Source: a virus (taxonomy: Duplodnaviria > Caudoviricetes). Taken from it: 26,849 nucleotides of DNA. This document shows, in pieces, positions 1 to 7,686 of the stretch. The DNA is taken from positions 1 to 26,849 of the IMG/VR virus record IMGVR_UViG_3300046725_000025. One strand, given 5' to 3'. The translations under genes and the position numbers were made by a program. The notes under the pieces were generated by a model. That model had not been told where the DNA came from. It did no database searches and saw only the letters and a program-made list of their open reading frames with translations. The stretch's first letter is position 1. Each line of letters starts with the position of its first letter.

Positions 1-1
1 A

Positions 2-2695
2 GCCGGAACTGTTAGCATGCCCCCATTCAAACGCATTGCCGGTACTTGATCCGGCGGCGCAGACTAGCGAAGCGGTGACGCCACCTGTCGGGCCGCAACG
101 AAGCGCAACCGGATTGACCAACCCGCCAAACGTTGCTGTGCCCGACCCTAAAAATTGATACGTCGGATTATCCGTGATGCTGCCGAATTTGATCGTGCTG
201 ACGGCAGCGCCCACGCGCGTGATTTCAAAAATATTCGCGCCGACGCTCGCAGCATCATTGAGCACCCGTAAACTTAAAATGCCGCCCAAGTCGATCCATT
301 CCCAGCGTTTTTCATCGGCTGCGCCTGCGGCGTTCAGTATTTCAATCGCTGGTAAAGAAGCGCGCGTTCCGATTGAAATGCCGGTAGTGGTGGTGGCAGT
401 GATCGCTTGTCCGGCGAATAAATGCTGCCCAGTCCAAGTTACATTCGACGCAGCCGTAATTTGTCCATTGAACGAAACCGTGCCGTCAGCCGCAATTTGA
501 AAGTGCGGCATGGTTGATCCGCCTGCCGCCATTTGAATTGCACGCCCCGCCCGCGCGACGAACGCCAGCGCATCAAGCGTAAACCCGCCGCCCATCTGGC
601 CGCCGTTGCCAAAATCCCCGAATGCTGTGCCGCTACGCTGAAAAGTCGCGTACGGCCCTAACGCCGTTGTCGAGTTGACGACCCACGTCGAACCTCCCGC
701 CGTCCCGGAATTACAAATCGTCACGCCGCTTAAAGCAATTTGCGTCGCGGTGAGTGCAATCAAAGACCCATCGGCGCTAATTGTTACGCGATCTCCGCCG
801 CCAGTCGAAAGGTGCATCCCTAATGGCGCATTGATACATAGTTGGTTAGTTGCAGCGCCAAGAATCGCCACTGCATCGCCAATCTGCCCGATAGTGACCC
901 CGGCAGACTGAAAAGTAGTGTAGGAACTTGCTGCATTTACGCCGTTCAGAAGCAATACAGGACCGGGAGCTATCCCGTTAATTGTGACTGCGATCCCCGA
1001 TCCGACGGGGGAAAAAACATGCCGCCCGGTCCACGTCACATTGGTCGCTGCCGTGGGGATCGTGCTGCCGTTGTGTGTCAGCGCGGTTGACGTAAGCGCG
1101 ATGGAATCGACCGCCGTGCCGGTGCGATTCGCACGCAGCCATGTCACGCCCACGCCGTCTAAATCGGTGCGCGTGCGAAAATGTAGATCGCCGCCCGATC
1201 CAACGGAGTCCCAAAATTTTTCGTCTGCGCTTGCGCTACCTTCAATCCAACGCAGCGTTGGCGCGATGCTCGCGTTGACATTGATACCCGGCGCGATGAT
1301 GGTCGTTGAGGCGGTTATCGCATTTTGGATGGTGAGCGAGGCGGCGGTTGATTTGAGTATGACGACATCAATCACGTTGGCCGTGCGATCGACCGATAGC
1401 CAATGCACCCCGGCACTCAGCGCATCATTCAATAATCCCATGCGGAATTGATCGCCCGCCGCGAGCGCATACCACACACGATTGTCCGCCGTGCCGGATA
1501 AATCATTCCATGACATCGCCGCGAAGGAAGTCGCCGCTATTTGTAATGCGCCTGCATTGCTACCGCTGTTCGCAAACGTATGCCGCCCGGTCCACGTCGG
1601 AATGATGGCTTGCGATAACGCGGGCGCACCATCGGAACGAATCAATGTGAGCGCGACACCATTGACGGCGGTGAGGCCAATCGTTGCTGTGGGATTACCG
1701 CCCGCGCCTGATCCGCCCGATCCGGTCGCGCCTTGCGGAATACCGAGTGATAAGGTTTGTGCCGGTGGCGTGCCGGTGATCGTCGCCGTTGCCGGTGAAC
1801 CGGGCGGCAATGTCGTCACGGTGCCAATCGCGAGCGAGTTCGCAGGGCCGGTCGCGCCGGTCGCGCCCGTGTCGCCGGTCAATTTCACCCAGCTTGCGGG
1901 ATCACTCGGATTGTTGCGATCCACCAGCCAATATTCATCGCCATTCCAACTCGCGATGATGTTGCCGGGCGGGAGTGTGCCGCCCCAATCGTCGTACGCT
2001 TCGCCGATGTCACCGGCTCCTGACGTACCAAAATCGACTTGCGTTAACTGCGAGTAGTCGCGCGCTTGCAGCGCCCACCACTTCGCGCTCCACATGCCAT
2101 CATCGACGGCTTCAGGATAGCCGGGCGGCGCGGTGCCCACCGGCCCCGCTAAATACTCGGCCCACTTAAACGCTAAATCGACTGCGGCTTGCGTCTCCGC
2201 CACACTGCCAGCCGTTTCATTCGCGGCGAGTTCCGCATCGGTCGCGGAGGTGTCGGCTTGTGCCGCACTTAACGCAGCCTCATTCGCCGCGTCTTGTGCA
2301 ATGGTTTGTGATGCGCCTGCCAGGGCGGCGGAACCAGCGGCTTCGCCCGCACTGGTAGATGCAAGATCGGACGACGCGTCGCTTGCGAGGGCGGAATCGG
2401 CGGCGAGGGCTGCACTTGCTGCGGCGGCGGCGGCAGCGGCTTCGGCGTCGGCGGTAACGCCATCGACGATCCCGTCGAACACATCGTCTTGGAGTTGGTC
2501 TGCTCCGACTGAATCATTGGCGAGCGCACCATCGTCACGTTGAATGAGGGCGAGCGCGTCTTGTGTCGCGGTCAGGGCAACGCTAACGTCGTCAAACTCG
2601 GCATCGAGTTGCGCGCCCGGCTTTGGCTGGCCTGGGTTCAGCGTCTCAAATTCCGTAAACGAGAAGTCGCGTTCGTAGCTCGGCGGGTACGCCAT
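2..2695 (-). CDS. Tail fibre / tailspike protein (3' truncated by window edge, >=898 aa)
   Basis: Not in ORF track (no stop in window). Hand translation from ATG 2695 (GGAGG upstream): MAYPPSYERDFSFTEFE...LALIQRDDGALAND, Ala-rich coil, collagen-like GDTGATGATGP, Gly/Thr/Ala-rich repeats with three TWTG(R/Q)HxF motifs; open to base 2. Confidence 0.85.
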   Translation of the reverse strand, partial: MAYPPSYERDFSFTEFETLNPGQPKPGAQLDAEFDDVSVALTATQDALALIQRDDGALANDSVGADQLQDDVFDGIVDGVTADAEAAAAAAAASAALAADSALASDASSDLASTSAGEAAGSAALAGASQTIAQDAANEAALSAAQADTSATDAELAANETAGSVAETQAAVDLAFKWAEYLAGPVGTAPPGYPEAVDDGMWSAKWWALQARDYSQLTQVDFGTSGAGDIGEAYDDWGGTLPPGNIIASWNGDEYWLVDRNNPSDPASWVKLTGDTGATGATGPANSLAIGTVTTLPPGSPATATITGTPPAQTLSLGIPQGATGSGGSGAGGNPTATIGLTAVNGVALTLIRSDGAPALSQAIIPTWTGRHTFANSGSNAGALQIAATSFAAMSWNDLSGTADNRVWYALAAGDQFRMGLLNDALSAGVHWLSVDRTANVIDVVILKSTAASLTIQNAITASTTIIAPGINVNASIAPTLRWIEGSASADEKFWDSVGSGGDLHFRTRTDLDGVGVTWLRANRTGTAVDSIALTSTALTHNGSTIPTAATNVTWTGRHVFSPVGSGIAVTINGIAPGPVLLLNGVNAASSYTTFQSAGVTIGQIGDAVAILGAATNQLCINAPLGMHLSTGGGDRVTISADGSLIALTATQIALSGVTICNSGTAGGSTWVVNSTTALGPYATFQRSGTAFGDFGNGGQMGGGFTLDALAFVARAGRAIQMAAGGSTMPHFQIAADGTVSFNGQITAASNVTWTGQHLFAGQAITATTTTGISIGTRASLPAIEILNAAGAADEKRWEWIDLGGILSLRVLNDAASVGANIFEITRVGAAVSTIKFGSITDNPTYQFLGSGTATFGGLVNPVALRCGPTGGVTASLVCAAGSSTGNAFEWGHANSSG

Positions 2696-2734
2696 GACGC
2701 CTCCACCCACCATCGACACCTTCGCCCCGCGCGG

Positions 2735-2763
2735 ACAGTACGCCTATGGCGGTGCGGTGTCTA
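2735..2763 (-). promoter_or_regulatory. Candidate sigma70-like promoter for the tail fibre gene
   Basis: Minus strand TAGACA-17 nt-TACTGT, about 40 nt upstream of ATG 2695. Confidence 0.3.
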
Positions 2764-2941
2764 CTGACGGAGGCTTGTCTTTCAGTACCCGAACGGTCCA
2801 GCCTTTCTTTTGGCAATACCAACGAACGTAATCACGATTCCATCCCCACATGTAGCCAACGATTGGCGCGGCTCGCACCACGCGCTCGTTTTCCAGCTCA
2901 ATGCCCGCCGTGAAGTGGGGCGCTGTGATCTGCGCTAACAT
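2744..2941 (-). CDS. Hypothetical phage protein
   Basis: 65 aa, APHFTAG...AAPIVGYM.GW...YC..KGW pattern recalled from small phage proteins; packed in a minus-strand run. Confidence 0.7.
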   Translation of the reverse strand: MLAQITAPHFTAGIELENERVVRAAPIVGYMWGWNRDYVRWYCQKKGWTVRVLKDKPPSVDTAPP

Positions 2942-3083
2942 TTTTGCTCGTCAAATGCCAAAAGGAACAACGCGGACATTGATAGACGCGCAAGTTACGC
3001 CGCTCGCCTGCGCGGCACGCGAACACGAAACTCACGTAGGCGCGTTTGTTGGTACACATTTTCGCGGCGGGGGAGACGAACAT
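2898..3083 (-). CDS. Small Cys/His protein
   Basis: CTNKRAY...RVYQCPRCSFWHLTS motif typical of a small phage Zn-binding family; start uncertain. Confidence 0.65.
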   Translation of the reverse strand: MFVSPAAKMCTNKRAYVSFVFACRAGERRNLRVYQCPRCSFWHLTSKNVSADHSAPLHGGH

Positions 3084-3090
3084 AGCAGCG

Positions 3091-3333
3091 TCATGTTTGT
3101 TCCAACAGGAGTAGTAGTTCGTCTGCTGCCGCGACCGCTTGTTTCGCCGCGCCTCGCGGTGTGTAGCCGCCTTCGGCTGAGTTGGCGCACAACCCCGTCA
3201 ATGCCGCCGCCGCAAAAAACTCGCGCTTGTTGCAGGCCAGGAAAGTCTGTGACCCATTTTCGTAGGCCGCATCCACCTGACGGCTTTTTAGTTCGGCATC
3301 GGTTAGGAGTGATGGCAGTGGGGTGTCGGTCAT
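3091..3333 (-). CDS. Hypothetical phage protein
   Basis: KREFFAAAALTGL...AVAAADELL resembles the common phage RDYFAAKAMQG...ADAML family. Confidence 0.7.
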   Translation of the reverse strand: MTDTPLPSLLTDAELKSRQVDAAYENGSQTFLACNKREFFAAAALTGLCANSAEGGYTPRGAAKQAVAAADELLLLLEQT

Positions 3334-3340
3334 GTTGCAC

Positions 3341-3646
3341 CTAATTCATTATCGACTGCTTGAACGCTTCCAATTCCGCGAGAATGAGCGACATACGCAT
3401 CAAATCCTTCTCGGTCGGCTCGCTGCCCGCCTCCAAAAACACCATGATGCTGGCGAACAAGTGTTGCGCACCCAAGTAGTACGCTTTGCGCATTTCCTTT
3501 TTCTGCACGTCACTCGCTTCCTGCAAGCCAAGCGCGAGATAGGCTTGCCAGCCGCCTTCAATCACCTTGCCTTTATCGGCCCATTCGCGCGTGATTTTCT
3601 CGCCAATCGTTTTGATTTCATCGAGCGTCAGTACCCTGTTCGTCAT
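3341..3646 (-). CDS. Hypothetical phage protein
   Basis: 101 aa, IEGGW...QKKEMRKAYYLGAQHLF; ATGA overlap with upstream gene. Confidence 0.75.
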   Translation of the reverse strand: MTNRVLTLDEIKTIGEKITREWADKGKVIEGGWQAYLALGLQEASDVQKKEMRKAYYLGAQHLFASIMVFLEAGSEPTEKDLMRMSLILAELEAFKQSIMN

Positions 3647-3972
3647 TTTGTACCTACCATTGCTTTTTCGAGTTGTGAAACAAGCGATTCACTGTGATCG
3701 CACAAAATCAATTCGTTCGGCGTGCGATGCGCTAAATACGGCTGCGGTGTGAACCACCACTTTGCGGCCTCCACCGGATCGTACACACACTTGAGTAACA
3801 CACGGATGCGTTCCACGTCCTTATTGAGCCAGCGGCGCAGGCAATCGTGACAAATCCATTGCCCGGCTTCTTCCGGTTCTAGTTCCTCAAAATGGCGGGC
3901 TTTCTGGCAATAATCGCAGGCGGTGGGCGTCTCGCCGCGCAAGTCCGCGATGTCATCTTTGGTGATTCTCAT
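3643..3972 (-). CDS. Zn-finger protein fused to an Xre/MbcA/ParS C-terminal-like (DUF2384-like) domain
   Basis: CDYC...CHDC then EAAKWWFTPQPYLAHRTPNELI, matching the recalled A..W...P...L...TP..L pattern. Confidence 0.5.
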   Translation of the reverse strand: MRITKDDIADLRGETPTACDYCQKARHFEELEPEEAGQWICHDCLRRWLNKDVERIRVLLKCVYDPVEAAKWWFTPQPYLAHRTPNELILCDHSESLVSQLEKAMVGTK

Positions 3973-4163
3973 TGCGGCTCCGACCGGCGCTGCATTTCAC
4001 TGCTGGAAAATCCCAGCATCGGAAAGTGGTGCATCTCGTACTCAATCACTTGATCGACGAGCGCGGTTAATTCGGTGCCTTCCGGCGTGCCGACTTCCGG
4101 GTCATTCGCCATCAATTCGTCGATGCGCGCGAGCGCCACATCGTATTCGTCACGGTTTAGCAT
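3969..4163 (-). CDS. Solo HigA-like antitoxin N-terminal domain (no HTH)
   Basis: DEYDVALARIDELM...GTPEGTELTALVDQVIEYEMHHFPM matches the recalled HigA consensus Y..ALARIEELM...GTPEGDEL..L...VE.YE..H.PI; ends before the HTH. Confidence 0.7.
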   Translation of the reverse strand: MLNRDEYDVALARIDELMANDPEVGTPEGTELTALVDQVIEYEMHHFPMLGFSSSEMQRRSEPQ

Positions 4164-4317
4164 CGTGCCATTCCCATTGCAAAAGAAAGCGGACCATCAC
4201 GCGCGTGAGCCAACGCGGGCGCACGAATACATGCACCTGCAATGCGCCCGGCCCGCCGATTTGATACCAGCCCACATACAGCGGCAGCGGTCGAAACGCA
4301 TAGCCAGGCTCATTCAC
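4150..4317 (-). CDS. Small hypothetical protein (55 aa)
   Basis: Hand translation MNEPGYAFRPLPLYVGWYQIGG...LLQWEWHDAKP; GTGA overlap with upstream stop; fills the gap. Confidence 0.55.
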   Translation of the reverse strand: MNEPGYAFRPLPLYVGWYQIGGPGALQVHVFVRPRWLTRVMVRFLLQWEWHDAKP

Positions 4318-4493
4318 AGCGGCGGATCGGACACATCGGTGTAGCGATCATCGCGCGTCTTGCGTTGGCGCTCGGCCGCACGATACGCCAGCAATTCCGC
4401 CGCAATGGCGGGCACTTCATACGCAAACGCAGTGACATCGCCATCGACGATTTGTGCCAGCCGGTCATCACTCACTGTGTGCGGCGTGTTCAT
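4314..4493 (-). CDS. Hypothetical protein
   Basis: MNTPHTVSDDRLAQI...AAELLAYR; GGAGGT upstream of ATG 4493. Confidence 0.6.
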   Translation of the reverse strand: MNTPHTVSDDRLAQIVDGDVTAFAYEVPAIAAELLAYRAAERQRKTRDDRYTDVSDPPL

Positions 4494-4725
4494 TGGCCAC
4501 CTCCTGTTCAACTTTCAAACTATAGCGATACAACTGGCCGGGGAAAAACCGCGCCAGGCAGCGGCCGGTCTTCGGATCGTACTTCCGGCCGCGTGAATCG
4601 AACAGGAATTTGCGCGTCATGTGGACCGGGACGCGCACCTCATTGAACGGCTGATAGGTGAGCGTGTCCTTGTTCCACTTCTCCACCTTCAGTGTCAGGC
4701 TTTTGAAATTGGGTTTGGTTGTCAT
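4468..4725 (-). CDS. Hypothetical protein
   Basis: 85 aa, ATGA overlap with upstream gene. Confidence 0.6.
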   Translation of the reverse strand: MTTKPNFKSLTLKVEKWNKDTLTYQPFNEVRVPVHMTRKFLFDSRGRKYDPKTGRCLARFFPGQLYRYSLKVEQEVANEHAAHSE

Positions 4726-5351
4726 TGGTGACCCCCGCGATACTTATCCGTCACCCTGGTGTCGGCCTCCGCCATCTTGTGCATGAGTTCAAGCTGGCGC
4801 AAGCGTTCGTCCTTCAACAGTTGCGGCACCGTGACCAGCGTATGTTTCATGCCGTTTTGGGTCTCGCCATCGGGCACATACACCGCACCTTCACACGCCT
4901 GCTCGAACATCATCCCCAAGCGAATATAGTAATCGTGCCGGTGTTCGTGGATGGGCGCTTTGGCGGTCTGCGCCTCATTCATCGACGGCGCATAAAAAAT
5001 CATCTGGTAGTCGGTGCCCGATTCATCAAACTCAAACACCGCACAACCATACTTCCCGCCGCGATCCTGCGCCTCATTTTCCGCCATCGTCACCGCTTTG
5101 ACTTGATCGACTCCCGCATACACAAAATACCAATGCTCATTGGTGCAGCCCCAGCGATACGCGACCACAAAATAAAAATGGCCGGACGCGGGATTGAGCG
5201 CGGGCGGCGCTTCCGTCAAGCCCACGATCGCGCGGGCATGGTGATGCACCGCATGGAAAATTTCCTGGTGCGATAAGGGCGACGGGTTGGAGTCGTCCAT
5301 CACCGGGAACTTCACGGGACCGGCAGGCCATTCGGGTTTAGGTTCGCTCAT
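4722..5351 (-). CDS. Hypothetical protein
   Basis: About 209 aa from ATG 5351 with GAGGA upstream. Confidence 0.7.
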   Translation of the reverse strand: MSEPKPEWPAGPVKFPVMDDSNPSPLSHQEIFHAVHHHARAIVGLTEAPPALNPASGHFYFVVAYRWGCTNEHWYFVYAGVDQVKAVTMAENEAQDRGGKYGCAVFEFDESGTDYQMIFYAPSMNEAQTAKAPIHEHRHDYYIRLGMMFEQACEGAVYVPDGETQNGMKHTLVTVPQLLKDERLRQLELMHKMAEADTRVTDKYRGGHQ

Positions 5352-5589
5352 TGGCTTTCCTCGCTTGATCGCGAAACTCACGGAGCGTCGCTCGCAACAA
5401 ATTCAGATCGGCGGATACCAGTAGCCCGTCATCAAATGCAGCGACATTGCGCGCCAGATCGTCAAGCGCCGCACACCGCGCCTTGAGCGTGTTAATGCAG
5501 TCTACCCAATCCGAATGCAATCCTTCCTTCATCAGCGGATTGCCTTTCTTCCCTGGCTTGCCGCAGTCTTTACACAGACGGACGCTCAC
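5338..5589 (-). CDS. Hypothetical protein with CxxC
   Basis: GTG 5589 overlaps upstream TGA; LCKDCGK...HSDWVDC. Confidence 0.55.
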   Translation of the reverse strand: MSVRLCKDCGKPGKKGNPLMKEGLHSDWVDCINTLKARCAALDDLARNVAAFDDGLLVSADLNLLRATLREFRDQARKANERT

Positions 5590-5711
5590 CGCCATTCCCC
5601 TTGGGCGCGCAACCACGCCACACATGCCTCCCACGTCCCCGTGAACACCTGACGAAACAAGCGCACCGTCCACGTACAATCATCGTTCTGCCAAAGGTCA
5701 ATTGCTTTCAT
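5586..5711 (-). CDS. Small hypothetical protein (41 aa)
   Basis: Hand translation MKAIDLWQNDDCTWTVRLFRQVFTGTWEACVAWLRAQGEWR; GGAGG upstream; tiles the gap. Confidence 0.5.
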   Translation of the reverse strand: MKAIDLWQNDDCTWTVRLFRQVFTGTWEACVAWLRAQGEWR

Positions 5712-5712
5712 G

Positions 5713-5991
5713 TCAATGCCTCCGACTACTGGCGTTCAAATGGGTATGCACACAAGGCCCCTTGCGATACCGATCCATCACACCTTGCGCCGCTTCCAAA
5801 AACAATCCGCATAATCGCCTATCAAACTGTTCGTCAGTCAACTCCGACTGATTCAAGTCAGTCAGGATCGACAACGTGGACAAGGCACCGGCAAAGAATA
5901 TTTCACGCAGGTGCAGCAACGCCTTGTCGTTCAATCCATCCGCAGCCAACAACTCACGCAAGACTAACCAGTGACTTTCAAGTGGGGGCAT
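5713..5991 (-). CDS. Hypothetical protein, probable distant paralogue of 3341..3646
   Basis: LESHW...HLREIFFAGA vs IEGGW...EMRKAYYLGA; AAGGA upstream. Confidence 0.65.
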   Translation of the reverse strand: MPPLESHWLVLRELLAADGLNDKALLHLREIFFAGALSTLSILTDLNQSELTDEQFDRRLCGLFLEAAQGVMDRYRKGPCVHTHLNASSRRH

Positions 5992-6205
5992 GACGGTCCT
6001 TGATGCGGAGCGATCGGAGTTTGGGGTTTACAAGTTTGGGAAGTTTTCGGAGGGGGTCGAAAATAAGATTTAAGCGCGTCGCCGTGGGGGCGGCCGGGGG
6101 TCGGCCGGGCGGGAGGCGGGCGGCCGGGCAGGGTGCGCGCTGACTGGCTGACTTGTTGTCAGTCGTCCCACGCACGCAAGCCCTTGATAAGATAGGCCAC
6201 CCCTG

Positions 6206-6703
6206 CTATCTCGCTGCCTCGTCCGCCCGGTATTCGCCCAAACGTTCCGATAGTTCGCGCTTGGTCGATGCTATCAACTCATTTAGTTCGCTAACAGATA
6301 GGTCTGCAACGTTCTTGATAGGAACGCGCGCGGCATCGTGCTTGCCGTACAACTCGCCGGAACACTCAAGCGCAGTACGGATTGCAAGGACTTGGGCGCG
6401 TAGGTCAGTGTGCTCGCGCGCGAGTAGGGTCTCTAGGCTCACCATGGCCTTATCACCAATGCGTTGCACCCTTTGCGCTCTCTGGTCTTTGACTGCCGCG
6501 CGCACATCATCATCTTTGGCAAACGCTTGCACTTCCCGGAGTGTTTCAAACCCGCACTGTTGCCGTACAAAGGCCAAAGGCTGCCCGGACGCAAGCAGGA
6601 CGATGGCCAGCGCTCGGTTCGGCTCGTTGTCGTGCGCCGGTAGCAAGTCGGACAAAAGACTGTCCGGCTCTGGTTCAGTTTGTACAGAGACAAGCTTGCG
6701 CAT
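6206..6703 (-). CDS. Probable terminase small subunit
   Basis: N-terminal HTH-like segment, helical middle, C-terminal DLSVSELNELIA; first gene of the leftward unit; start uncertain (6703 or 6766). Confidence 0.5.
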   Translation of the reverse strand: MRKLVSVQTEPEPDSLLSDLLPAHDNEPNRALAIVLLASGQPLAFVRQQCGFETLREVQAFAKDDDVRAAVKDQRAQRVQRIGDKAMVSLETLLAREHTDLRAQVLAIRTALECSGELYGKHDAARVPIKNVADLSVSELNELIASTKRELSERLGEYRADEAAR

Positions 6704-6848
6704 AGTTAGTGACAGTCCAAACTGTACAGAACAAGAAGGTCCAACCTGGAACGTCCACCTTGTCATATAGGTCCAGGTGGCACAGTCCGGTCCCGACTCC
6801 CGCCCTCCGCCCCTGCGAGCTTGCGCCTTGCGTCACAGTCTTTGCAAG

Positions 6849-6863
6849 TCTCTACTGTAGAGA
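6849..6863. promoter_or_regulatory. Palindromic operator candidate
   Basis: TCTCTAC-T-GTAGAGA nested in the inverted repeat ACAGTCT (6835)/AGACTGT (6870), just upstream of the early -35. Confidence 0.4.
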
Positions 6864-6875
6864 GTCGACAGACTG

Positions 6876-6905
6876 TTGACTGACGCCCCCGTACTCGTGT
6901 AAGTT
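6876..6905 (+). promoter_or_regulatory. Candidate early sigma70 promoter
   Basis: TTGACT-18 nt-TAAGTT; 10-bp hairpin GTCCTACTCA/TGAGTAGGAC (6912-6937) begins near the expected +1. Confidence 0.45.
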
Positions 6906-6975
6906 CGCGTCGTCCTACTCATTGACGTGAGTAGGACACAAGTCGAAGCGTTTACAACTTACGAGGGCTGAACCC

Positions 6976-7053
6976 ATGACACTAGTACTTCTTGCTTGCG
7001 CGATCTCAGGCTGGGCGCTTTCGCGTCCCGTTGTTGCCGTCCTAGGCGTTTAA
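6976..7053 (+). CDS. 25-aa hydrophobic peptide
   Basis: MTLVLLACAISGWALSRPVVAVLGV; preceded by GAGGGCTGAACCC; stop abuts hairpin A. Confidence 0.55.
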   Translation: MTLVLLACAISGWALSRPVVAVLGV

Positions 7054-7100
7054 CGATTGAACCTTGCGCGGTCGAGGACTGCGCAAGCTTGAGTTGTTAA
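7050..7100 (+). repeat. Intergenic mismatch-hairpin element, copy A
   Basis: TTAAC GA TT G AA C CTTGCGCGGTC gag GACTGCGCAAG C TT G AG TT GTTAA. Confidence 0.85.
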
Positions 7101-7120
7101 CCCACCGAGGAGCTGAACCG

Positions 7121-7342
7121 ATGAGCACAAACCAACTAACAGAGGGCGACGCGCTAGCGTTGGAACAAATGGTCGATATGTACGGCCTGCCAACTGTCAC
7201 CGCAGCGCTTGCCGTGATCTGTGAAATGAAAGCAGAGCACATGCGCGTTAACTGGCAAGAGCCGACGCGCGGCCGGTACTGGACGCGCGCAAGCATCGCA
7301 TTGACCAAAGCAGAGCACGCGGTCACGCGCATTTTGGAATAA
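7121..7342 (+). CDS. Early hypothetical protein (73 aa)
   Basis: ATG 7121 after GGAGCTGAACC; MSTNQLTEGD...KAEHMRVNWQE. Confidence 0.8.
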   Translation: MSTNQLTEGDALALEQMVDMYGLPTVTAALAVICEMKAEHMRVNWQEPTRGRYWTRASIALTKAEHAVTRILE

Positions 7343-7389
7343 CCGTTGCACCTTGTCCCTTATCACTAGGGGACAAGCTGGAATCGTTG
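7340..7389 (+). repeat. Intergenic mismatch-hairpin element, copy B
   Basis: TAAC CG TT G CA C CTTGTCCCTTA tcac TAGGGGACAAG C TG G AA TC GTTG. Confidence 0.85.
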
Positions 7390-7416
7390 AACCATCAAAC
7401 CCATCGGAGCTGAATC

Positions 7417-7599
7417 ATGCAAAACGTCACCTATACCGTCGAAGGCCAGAAGCTTGTCATTACCGTAGACCTATCCCAAAGGCTCGGCCCTAGCGCATCG
7501 GGCAAAACGACACTAGTCGCGAGCACGTCAGGCAATGCAACGCTGCCCGGCGCGAGCGGGATCAAGTTCGGCCTGAATGTCTTTACGCCTAACCGCTAA
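7417..7599 (+). CDS. Small conserved hypothetical protein (SxSGKT...AST family)
   Basis: KLVITVDLS...GPSASGKTTLVASTSGN...GLNVF; GGAGCTGAA start motif. Confidence 0.8.
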   Translation: MQNVTYTVEGQKLVITVDLSQRLGPSASGKTTLVASTSGNATLPGASGIKFGLNVFTPNR

Positions 7600-7651
7600 C
7601 ACTCTGACGAGGCCGGAAGGCCGAAACGCGCACCCCTTGCGCGTCAGTGTT
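7598..7651 (+). ncRNA. Hammerhead ribozyme, type I (HHR1)
   Basis: Stem I AACACT/AGTGTT, core CTGACGA, stem II GGCC-GGAA-GGCC, GAAA, stem III CGCGCA-CCCCT-TGCGCG, GTC triplet with predicted cleavage after C7645. Confidence 0.93.
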
Positions 7652-7686
7652 TCGAGCTGAACCCTTTACCCTTTGGAGCTAATCAA

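Noticed and set aside
174-2767. Plus-strand ORFs in the track over 174-2767
   Set aside because: Antisense shadows of the tail fibre gene.
7417-7599. P-loop NTPase (GPSASGKT)
   Set aside because: 60 aa is too short for an NTPase fold; the motif fits a small hypothetical family.
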